Of a stretch of DNA of 64,000 nucleotides, positions 52,568 to 64,000 are shown in pieces. A model generated the notes under the pieces. It had not been told where the DNA came from and made no database searches. It saw only the letters and a list, made by a program, of their open reading frames with translations. A program made the position numbers and the translations under genes. Numbering within the stretch: the stretch's first letter is position 1; each line of letters begins with the position of its first letter. The stretch is from Eledone cirrhosa (lineage: Eukaryota): the NCBI GenBank assembly GCA_964016885.1, contig OZ024745.1:115010001-115074000 (forward strand), given 5' to 3'.

Positions 52568-54803
52568 AGAAGGCTGGTGAGATACAAACTGCGTCAGATT
52601 CCAATAACACAAAGCTGTTGTACAGTCTCTTGCGTGAGGTTTATGGACCGTCTTCTTCTCTGGCGACACCGCTTCGCAGCAAGGATGGCAAAGAACTTCT
52701 TTGTGACTCACAAGGAATTCTACGAAGGTGGTGAGAGCACTTTGATGATCTTTTGAATCAGCCGTCTGTCGTCAGTGAAGATTTCCTCAATCTCATTCCA
52801 GAAAGTCCTGTGAAAGTAGCTCTCGCAGAACCTCCGACGCTTGTGGAGGTTGCAGTGGCTATCTCGAAGCTGAACAGTGGAAGGTCTCCAGGTATGGATG
52901 GCATACATGCTGAGCTCCTACAATATGGTGGTGAGAGACTCCTGCAACATCTTCACTCTTTGTTTGGCAGGATATGGGCTAATGAATCCGTACCTGAGGA
53001 CTGGAGAGATGCAGTAATGGTGGTCTTGTACAAGGGAAAGGGTAACAGGAATGATTGTGGGAACTACAGAGGTATATCATTGCTTTCTGTCGTAGGGAAA
53101 GTTTTATGTAGGGTGCTTCTGTGCTGACACACATTGCAGATTGTGTTCTTCCTGAAAGTCAATCTGGTTTTCGTGCTGGACGCAGCACTACTGATATGAT
53201 CTTCTCAGCTAGACAGCTCCAGGAGAAGTGCTTGGAACAAGGTTTGGATCTGTATCAGGTTTTTGTCGATCTGACAAAAGCTTTCGATACTGTTAACAGA
53301 GATGCATTATGGAAGGTTCTCCAGAAACTTGGTTGCCCTGATAAGTTCCTTGCTTTAGTTAGGTCGTTCCATGACGACATGAAGGCTTGGGTTAATGTCA
53401 GAGGTAACATGTCGGAGCCTATCTCAGTAAAAAATGGAGTGAAACAGGGGGATATTCCAGCACCGACCCTGTTTGCCATATACTTTGCAATGGTTTTCTG
53501 TATTGCATTCAGGAATTGCGAGCATGGTGTTTACATCCGATATCGAACCTCAGGCAGCATATTTAACATCAGGCGCTTTGCTGCAAAGACAAAAGTATTT
53601 ACATCAATCATAAGAGACCTCTTGTATGCAGATGATTGCGATCTTGTAGCGCATACAGAGAGTGATATGCAGCACATTTTGAATGCATTTTCTGACGCTT
53701 GCACTGCCCTAGGATTGACTGTCAGTCTCAAGAAAACCGTCGTCATGTACCAACCTGCCCCTGGTAAGCAGTACACTGAACCAAATATCTATGTGTATGG
53801 TAAACGACTTGGAGTGGTTGATCAGTTAGTCTACCTGGGAAGCACTGTCAATCGATACAGCAACCTTGATAGTGAAATCTCACTTAGGATTAGGAAAGCA
53901 AGTGATGCTTTCAGAAAGCTAGAAAGGTGACTCTGGGGTTGGCGAGACATATGCAGGAGGACAAAGGTAAAGGTGTACAAGGCATGTGTGCTCCCTTGTC
54001 TTCTTTATGCCTGGGTCACATATCGACACCACCTTAAGCAATTGGAGCGTTTCCATCAGATGTGTCTCAGACGGATCCATGGCGTTCACTGGAGGGACCA
54101 CGTCAGTGATGTCGAGATTTTGGAAAGCTCTATGTGTGACAGTATAGAAGTTCTTGTGCTTAAGCAACGACTCCATTGGAGTGGTCACCTAGCCAGGATG
54201 AATGATTCTAGAATACCAAAACAACTCTTTTATGGAGAGTTAGTTAAAGGAAAACGACCACCACATAAACCAAAAAAGAGGTATAAGGATTCCTTGAAAG
54301 CCTCTTTGAAAGACGCTAACATCTCTGCTGATACATGGGAAAATATTGCTGCTGATCGTAATAAATGGAGAAAGACTGTATATGAGGGAAAAGTTGCCTT
54401 TGAGGCATCTCGAATCGCATACGAGAAAGTAAAGTGGGATGTGAGGAAGGGCATTGCTGTTGCACTTCCAGATGCCGAGGGTCCTCCTATGGTGCTGACA
54501 TGCAGCGTCTGTGCGAGACTCTGCCTAAGCAAAGCTGGACTCGAAAGTCATCTTCGCAGTCATAAAGTAAGACCAGTGGTTGACTACCAGGCAGCTGTTG
54601 AAGATGCTACTCATCAAGCTTGCCAAGCATGTGGTAGAGAATGTAAATCAGCATGAGGGCTCAAGCAACATGCAAAAGTACATGAAGTCCAACTACAGCT
54701 GGCTATTCCCAGTGAATGTTTTGGTTGCCGACTCTGTGCAAGACGTTTTAGATCATTGGCTGGGTTAAAAAGCCACATTCGATCGCAGCGCTGTTAGTTG
54801 CTA

Positions 54804-54844
<41 letters not shown>

Positions 54845-55042
54845 GGTATGTTTATGTGTGTGCGTGTGTGTGTATATATATATGTATATGTATATTATTA
54901 TTGTTGTTGTTGTCGTTATTATTATTGTTGTTATTATTATTATTAATACATGTGTGTGTATATATGTGTGTGTGTATATATATATATATATATTTTTTTT
55001 CTTGTGCAATGGCCATACTCGATAACGAGGGGGCAGCCATCA
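52568..55042 (+). mobile_element. Young 5'-truncated RTE (BovB-like) LINE: RT plus three C-terminal C2H2 fingers, few disablements, ~155-bp flanking duplication
   Basis: NYRGISLLS, FVDLTKAFDTV, GVKQG, LLYADD and YLGS motifs. In-frame stops at ~52732 and 54654 and frameshifts near 53125 and 53930. 3' end …gagggggcagccatcat. Confidence 0.92.
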
Positions 55043-55634
55043 TGTACATATGTATATATGTGTATATGTATGTATGTAGATATGTATGTATGCATGTATG
55101 TATGCATGCATGTATGTATGCAAGCATGTATGTATGCATGTATGCATAATATAAATATGTATGTACATATGTATGTATGCAGGCATTATGTATGTATGTA
55201 TATAAATATGTATGTATGTATGTATGTATGTATATATGTATGTATGCATGTATGTATGAATGTATGTATGTATATAAATATGTATATATGTATATATGTA
55301 TATATGTATGCATGTATGTATATAAATATGTATATATGTATATATGTATATATGTATGTATGTATATATATGTAGATGTGTATGTATTATTGAGGATGTA
55401 TGTTTATATATATGTAAATATCTGTATGTAAATATAGGTATGTGATGTACTTTAAGATGTATATATGCTGCATAGTTATGTGCAACCAACTGACATGGTG
55501 CAGCAGCAATGCAGCAGCAGAACAGCAGGAGTGTAGCTGCAGTTGGAGGGGAGGGGGGGGGGGTGAAGAAGAAGGAGGGTAGAAGAAGAGGAGGGGAGGA
55601 GGAAAAAGATTTATATGGAGAAAATTAAGAATAT

Positions 55635-55822
55635 GTAGTAGTATTAGTAGTGTTAGTATTAATAGTAGTAGTAGTATAGTAGTAGTAGTAGAAGTAGTAG
55701 TAGTAGTAGTAGTTGTAGTAGAGGTAGTGTTAGTATTAATAGTAGTAGTAGTAGTATAGTAGTAGTAGTATTAGTAGTAGTAGTATAGTAGTAGTAGTAG
55801 TATAGTTGTAGTAGTAGTAGTA

Positions 55823-55878
<56 letters not shown>

Positions 55879-55909
55879 TAGTAGTAGTAGTATAGTAGTA
55901 GTAGTAGTA

Positions 55910-55942
<33 letters not shown>

Positions 55943-56087
55943 TAGTAGTACTAGTAGTAGAAATAATAGAAGTAGAAGTAGTAGTAATAGTAGTAGTAGT
56001 ACTAGTACTACTAGTAGTACTAGTACCAGTAGTAGTATTAGTAGTAGTATAGTAGTAGTAGTAGTACTAGTAGTAGAAGTAATAGTA

Positions 56088-56118
<31 letters not shown>

Positions 56119-56146
56119 AAGTAATAGTAGTAGAAGTAATAGTAGC

Positions 56147-56197
<51 letters not shown>

Positions 56198-56400
56198 TGT
56201 TGTAGTTGTAGTAGTGGTAGTAGTAGTAGTAGTAGTAGCAGTAGCAGCAGCAGCAGCAGTATTAGAAGCAGCAGCAGAAGCAGTAATAGTAGCTGCAGTA
56301 GTAGCAGTAGCAGTAGTAGTAGTAGTAACAGCAGTAGTAGTAGTAGTAGTAGTAGTAGCAGCTGTGGTTATAGTGGTATGGGTTGTAGGAGTAACAGTAG
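55635..56400. repeat. (AGT)n/(AGC)n trinucleotide array
   Basis: Direct reading. Confidence 0.95.
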
Positions 56401-56549
56401 CAGGAGAAGTAGGTTGAGGAAGAGGAAGTGAAGAAGGAGTAGGAGGGTGAGGAAGAGGTAGATTATTAAGGAGGTGGCAAATCGGTGAGATATGTTAGTG
56501 TTAATATGAAGAAGAGAGAAGACTGCGAAGGACATGAGGCATTGTTACG

Positions 56550-56969
56550 GAATATCCTATCATCATCATCGGCAACATCATTCCACACAGCATTGGCAAC
56601 ATCATCATCATTACCATCATCAACAGATTTGTGGTCATCCTCGTTTTTATCCTCGTTTTTATCGTCGTCATTGTCGTCTCCCTCATCGTCGTCATTCACT
56701 TTATCATCATCATCCTCATTGTTATTCTCTTCTTCTTCACTGTTGTTGCCATCACCACGACGACGACGACGACGACCATCACCATCACCACCACCTCAAC
56801 CACAACCACCACCACCAACAACAACAACACCACCATCACCACCACCAACAGCAACATCATCATCACCATCATTGCCGTTGTCAGTTTCACCGCAGCTAAC
56901 ATTATCATCATCATCATCATCATCATCCTCATCATCCACCTCATTATCAACAACGTCATCATCGACGTC

Positions 56970-57001
<32 letters not shown>

Positions 57002-57156
57002 CTACTACAATAACATTGCCAGCTTCATTACCAGGTGTCTCTGCTGTCATTACTGTTATCTTCAAATTTGTCATCTTCCTCGTCAGCTTAAGTCATCACA
57101 TCATCATTTTCAACCTTAGTTTCATCAACAACTGCATCAATCATATCCTTAACAGA

Positions 57157-57202
<46 letters not shown>

Positions 57203-57412
57203 ACATTATCATCATCAGAGACTTTACTGTCACCAACATGACCACCACCACTAAACCACCACTGCCACCACAACCACCACTACCGTAGCCACTTCTATCA
57301 CTAGTACCATCAGCATTATCAACAATTCCATATTATTATTATTATTATTATTTGATTTAATCGATTTTCCCTTCAAATTGCTGGCCTTGTGCCAAGTGTA
57401 GAAATAATAATA

Positions 57413-57450
<38 letters not shown>
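56550..57450. repeat. Mixed CAT/CAC/CAA/CAG/CGA/TAT trinucleotide mosaic
   Basis: Direct reading; explains the overlapping low-complexity ORFs. Confidence 0.9.
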
Positions 57451-58529
57451 GAACATATAAGCTGTCGGTATAATTATTGAATAAGGTGCAACTATTGTTG
57501 TAATCAGTTTAATTAGTCTCAATTATTACAGAGTGATATTACAAAATAAACAAACAACTAAACAAATAAATAAATAGAAAAAGTAAACATCATTAAAAAA
57601 ATAACAAGAAACATTTCCAATTAAGATTAATTTGTTATTTTAATTAATTTATTTTTGTTTTAAAATTATGATATTTCAAATATTTCAAATATTGAAATCA
57701 ATAAACTAACAAACAAACTTGAATTTATTTACAGTGTAAAGCTATCTTTTTTAAAAATTCATTTTAATTCATCATTTAATTCTCAAAGTCCTGTACCTCA
57801 TGAAACTGCATTAAGAAGACATCCTTGAAAACATCCCTTTAAAAATTAACATTTCATTACTATACTGCTAATGAAAGGCATTGCCTATGAGTTTATAATA
57901 ATTTTGAAAATAATCATGAATTTGGAGAGGATTTAGTAATATAAATAAATTTATCATTATTAAGCTGGTGTTTTGAGTATAACTCAAAGGTTCTTACATA
58001 AAATTATGATTAGGAGGTTTGTAGATAAATATAAACTCTTTAGAAGAAACAGGAGATGTGGTTTCAGGCATTTTGCTATCAAAAGGGTTAAAGCCTTTAA
58101 TTGGTAACAACATTTTCACAATGATCTGTCCACTATTAAAGATACAACAAACATATTAATTAACAAACTCAATTTGATATATTTTCAGCTAAATTATTAC
58201 AGGCTGTTAAGAGTTAAGTAACAGAAATAAAAGTAACATAAAGTTGAATGACAATTGATAATTTAAAAAAAACAACAAAAAAACACACAAAAACACACAT
58301 ACACACAAATCTGAAAGAAGATGAAAAATTAAGAAAGAAAGAAAAAAAGGAATGAAATAAGGAAGATTGATCAAAGGAGTTATTTAGATCAAAGAAAGAA
58401 AATTCTAGAAATATGCCATGAGGTTGTACCCTCGCAATATCCTTATTGGAAGTTATCTTTCTTTTCATCTTTATTGTTGACATAATACTTTCATTTCAAA
58501 TTAGTTATACTTAATATATATTCACATAG

Positions 58530-59151
58530 GTACACACACACACATATACATACACACATACACACCCATACATACCCATACACACACACATACACACACA
58601 CACACATACACATACACACACATACACACACACACACACAAACACACACATTCACACACACACACTTATTTGTACTTAGTACTTACACACATAGGCACAC
58701 AAACCCACACATACACACACACACACACACATACACACTTATTAGTACATATTCACAAGCACACAAACCCATACACACACTTATTTGTACTTAGTAATAC
58801 TCACAAGCACACAAACCCATACACACACACTTACACACATACACACTTATTTGTACTTAGTACATACTCACAAGCACACAAACCCATACACACACTTATT
58901 TGTACTTAGTACATACTCACATAAGCACACAAACCCATAAACACACACTTATACACACACATATTTGTATACAAGAAAAAATCTATGCCAGTGTAAACAA
59001 TACAAAGAAAAAAAGAACTCAGTATAACAGCATAGAGTAATTATACAGAAAATATATTTTATAACTATCTATCTAGCTATCTATTTAGTTCTTTCTCTCT
59101 TTCTCCATATCTCTCTCTCTTTCTTTCTCTCTCTCTTTCACTCACTCTCTC

Positions 59152-59246
<95 letters not shown>

Positions 59247-59911
59247 TTTGTTACTTTTCTCATACTATAACTATACCACATACTTTCTTTTACAGACTTT
59301 CACACACACATTACACACTTCACACAAACATACATATATAAACACATACATATACAAAAATTCATACATAAACACTTACATATATAGACACATACATACA
59401 TACATACATATATACACATACATACATAAACACAAACATACATGTACACACATTTATAAACACATACATACATAAACACGTACATTAATACATATACATA
59501 CACACATACACACATACATACATACATTCATACATATATACATAAATACATACATATATACATAACCACATAAACACATACATATATACATAAACACATA
59601 CGTACATAAAGACATACATACATACATATATATATATATACATACATACATAAAGACATACATACATATATACATACATAAAGACATACATACATAAAGA
59701 CATACACACATTCATACATACATATATACATAAACACATACATAAAGATATAGATACATATATATATATATATATATATACATACGTACATACATAAAGA
59801 CATACATACACACATACATACACACATACATAAACACATACATAAAGACATACAAACATACATTCATACATACATATATATATATATAAACACATACATA
59901 CATACATAAAG

Positions 59912-59960
<49 letters not shown>

Positions 59961-60681
59961 CATACATACATACATACATAAATATATATATAAACACATA
60001 CATACATCCATAAAGACATACATACATATATATACATACATACATACATACATACATACATACATACATAAAGACATGCATACATATATATATATATATA
60101 CATACGTACATACATACATACATAAACACAAACATACATAAAGACATACATACATACATATATTCATACATACATATATACGTACATACATACATACATA
60201 CATAAACACATACATACATAAACACATATATACATAAACACATACATAAACACATACATACATAAACACATACATACATAAACACATACATACATAAACA
60301 CATACATACATAAACACATACATACATGTACACATTCACTTTCCATTCTGGTGGTATGGACTGTTGTGTACCCTGTAGAGTTCTGCTATATGTCAAATAC
60401 ACTGCTTGCACCAATCAATTTCTTAGATGCGAAAAAAGAAAAAGAAGAGTATAGTACATAAACATGCCCCACCCAACCTCCTGCTACCCCCAAATATTTC
60501 TATGTAGCAAGTCTACTGATCAAACACTCTGGTCAGATTATTTCAGATTACTTAGATTATAAATTAAGCATTCATTACAAATTGGTCGTTGTCTCTCTGT
60601 CTGTCTGTCTTTTCTCTCTTTTTGTCTTTGCCTCTCCCTTCCTCTCACTCTCATTATATACACACATATACATACATACCT

Positions 60682-60722
<41 letters not shown>

Positions 60723-60891
60723 CACACACATACATACCTACACACGCACACACACACACACATATATATATACATATATATATATATACACACATACATA
60801 CCTACACACGCACGCACACACACACATATATATATATATATACACATACATACCTACACACGCACGCACACACACACACACACACACACAT

Positions 60892-60924
<33 letters not shown>

Positions 60925-61060
60925 GTAATAATAATAAATTTGAAGACTAAAATCCAAAGAGGGCTCGATGAGGATAAATATATATCAAATATATAAGAAC
61001 CGTAGAGCCGTTAAGGGTGAAAGCAGCGATTCTTTGCTTAAACTTTAATCTGTTATTTTA

Positions 61061-61099
<39 letters not shown>

Positions 61100-61112
61100 C
61101 ATACCTATACAT

Positions 61113-61143
<31 letters not shown>

Positions 61144-61340
61144 GATGAACGTTAAACAATGATGATGATGATACACACACATACACATACATATATGCAC
61201 ACACACATATATATGTACACATGCACACATTTAAATATATAATCTATAACAATATATCTACACCTTTATCCTCCCCCACTCTCTTATTCTTTTCCGATAC
61301 ACACACGCACACATACACAAACACACACACACATACATAC
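58530..61340. repeat. CA/CT/TA/TACA microsatellite arrays, including ~45-bp tandem units at 58660-58970
   Basis: Direct reading. Confidence 0.9.
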
Positions 61341-61700
61341 ATGGTCACGTAGACACAAAGTTACATTTTCTGACAGATAAAATGTATATAGTCAGTTACA
61401 TATATGCATATGGTATATAAATTTTGTCAGCTGATAGCCTGCATACAGTCCCAGAGCTGTTATTGTTGTTTTTTTCTCTACTTTTTGTCCTTTGCTCTTT
61501 TTGTTGTGTTGTTGTTGTTTGTTTTTGGTCCATCAGTTTTTATCCAATGAACTAGTGCTTTAGCGGTGACCATTACCAGTTAGCATTCATCAAAGCAATG
61601 ATCGGTACCGACTAACATACAAGTAAGTATCCAGTTGGTTGCTATATTCATTTTCCTTAACAATGGATAAATAACATATAGCATTGGTTTGGTAAAAAGA

Positions 61701-61731
<31 letters not shown>

Positions 61732-62384
61732 AAAGTAAAATAAAATAAAAAAAAATAAAAAAATAAAAATAAAATATATAAATAAAATAAATAAATTAGA
61801 AAAAACAGAAGAAAAAACCCACTACTGGATTGTATATATATATAGTGAGGTGCCAACATTACTGGATTACTGGATGTTTCTAAGGGATTCAATATCAATG
61901 CATTTAGAGCCTCATTGAAAGTGCTGGATGATGTTAGGAAACTTCTTAAACATGCTACTGGATTCAGGTTTTTCCGATTGCAGGCTGAGGACATGAGACA
62001 AACAGACATTCTTGGATTCTTCTGGATATTTCGATTGCGAAAATAATAGAAAGAAGATGATAATTTTAATATTACAAACAAAACGAAGGATTAGAAAAGC
62101 AATGGATATTAAAAGAAATAGAGTACAATCTCTTTTGAAGACTGAAGTATCATCATGAGATACTTTGTATTATAGTTAAACGGAAAAAAAGAAAAAAAAA
62201 AGAAACTTTCAAAGAAGGAAATACAGGAATAAAAATAAAATTATGGAGGATTATAATTCCTATTTAGGTGAGTAATACATGACTTTGACAATTTTTACAT
62301 TGCTTTCTATACTATATCATATCATGTTAAGGATGCACATGTTGGTAGAAGCAAGCATGTATTCAGCATTGTATTTATGTTTGT

Positions 62385-62389
62385 ATGTA

Positions 62390-62450
<61 letters not shown>

Positions 62451-62565
62451 ACATATATATTTTCAAGTGATATGGGGGTCCGTTTCCTTGTTACCACTTC
62501 TGACCCCTTTTTTTCCATCTTTTTTTTTACAGTAATATTATCTGCATTTGGGATGCTCACATTTT

Positions 62566-62628
<63 letters not shown>

Positions 62629-62880
62629 TTAAGTATACATACATACATATATATATATACACATACATACATATATATATATATGTATACATACATATAT
62701 ATATATGTATACATACATACATATATATATATACACATACATACATATATATATATGTATACATACATATATATATATGTATACATCATATATATATATG
62801 TATACATACATACATACATATATATATGTATTCATACATACATATATATATATGTATGCATATATATATATATATATGTA
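62385..62880. repeat. TA/TACA microsatellites
   Basis: Direct reading. Confidence 0.9.
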
Positions 62881-62926
62881 TTCCTGATGATTTCTAAAGA
62901 ATGAAACAGTTCTAGTCCTGTAGAAT
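62880..62926 (+). ncRNA. Type I hammerhead-ribozyme-like motif (second copy; host repeat runs to ~63010)
   Basis: ATTC-CTGATGA-TTTC(taaa)GAAT-GAAA-CAG(ttctagtc)CTG-TA|GAAT; the downstream ~85 bp match 44620-44700. Confidence 0.62.
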
Positions 62927-63343
62927 CTCATCTATATTAAAACTTTTATACTCTGCTTCGTATTGAGTACCTTACTTACTGTGGTTACCTCCGATTCAAC
63001 CCGGAATAACGTATATATATTTTTATATATATATATATATATTGCAATCAAAAGGTTGTGAGTTCAATTCTCAGAGCGGGTGATGTGTTGTTTCCTTGAG
63101 CAAGACACTTTATTTCACATTGCTCCAGTTTACTCAGCTGTAGAAATGAGATGATAGGGACCCTAGTCCCTATCATTCCACTGCAAAGTGGTCGTGGAGG
63201 TGCCATGGCAAAAAAGCACCCACCACTCACTGTAAATGAGGTTGGTGATAGGAAGGGCATCCAGTTGTAGAAATCAAGCCAGAATCAGTTCCCGTCCCAC
63301 CCTTGCAAGCAGGGAAAAAGCGGACGTAAAATGAAATGAAATG

Positions 63344-63386
<43 letters not shown>

Positions 63387-64000
63387 TTCGCTTTTTGTTG
63401 TTTTCAATCATTAAACTGTGGCAATGTTGGAACACTGCCTTGAATCGACCCCCAGGAATAATTTTTTCAAATCTGGTATCTATCTTATTGATCCCTTTTT
63501 GCCAAGTTGCTAAGTTATGGCATATAAACAAAGAAATGAACACACACACACACATGCATATTATATGTATATATATTTTTAAATATATATATAGGTATTA
63601 AATGATGATAATGGTGATGATGGTGATGATGATGATACAACAGGCTTCCATACAGTTTCTATCTACGAAAAATTTTACTCTCAAAGCATTAATCAACACA
63701 GAGTTATATTAGAAAAGAATTGTGAATTTCATAACTGCACAGTCACGCCTGCACTTATATATATATATATGTAAAGTTCTATTTAAATTGTTGGGATACG
63801 ACAAGCAAATATTTTTATAACTGATATAAAGCACTCAACAAATATTTGGAGTAAAAATACGATATTAATAAATGGAAACTATATTTATAAAACCATATTT
63901 ATTTCATTATACATATTTCAAGGACACCAAGTTAAATTATGGTGTGCTTTCATCAGATAAAATATAATATAGAACAGTTTTATAAATAAATATTGACATA

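Noticed and set aside
52753-54656. RT ORFs as a functional gene or prokaryotic RT system
   Set aside because: RTE LINE that is 5'-truncated, lacks the endonuclease and has stops and frameshifts.
56485-57288. 267-aa Ser/Thr/Pro-rich ORF and overlapping His/Ile/Val-rich ORFs
   Set aside because: Trinucleotide mosaic open in several frames on both strands; no domain or splice support.
59248-60996. Many long YVCM/HTYI ORFs (also at 51-52.5 kb, 54.8-55.5 kb and 62.3-62.9 kb)
   Set aside because: Translations of TA/CA/TATG microsatellites.

Overview
AT-rich, intron-containing animal genomic DNA, dense in microsatellites, SINEs and LINEs. The repeat landscape resembles coleoid cephalopods (Octopus-like); this is an inference. 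Two spliced protein-coding genes converge tail-to-tail. On +, the last seven coding exons of a BOD1L1-like gene span 1071-14558 (5' part outside the window). On -, a complete 7-exon mitochondrial 2-Cys peroxiredoxin (PRDX3-like, 232 aa) spans 27946-16117. From about 28 kb to the end I could not support any host gene. That region holds tRNA-derived SINEs, RTE, R4-like, Penelope-like and L1/Tx1-like retroelement remnants, Tc1/mariner fragments and long simple repeats; most ORF-track entries there are microsatellite artefacts. Best leads: (1) hammerhead-ribozyme-like motifs, including a two-copy motif whose core elements are in a non-canonical order and two fold-back palindromes centred on hammerhead cores; (2) an orphan near-identical copy of the PRDX3 targeting-peptide exon upstream of the gene, whose flank preserves the empty site of a TTAA MITE; (3) two generations of an RTE LINE with three C-terminal C2H2 fingers, one flanked by an ~155-bp duplication; (4) an inverted SINE cluster in PRDX3 intron 1. 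Repeat boundaries were read by eye and are approximate.
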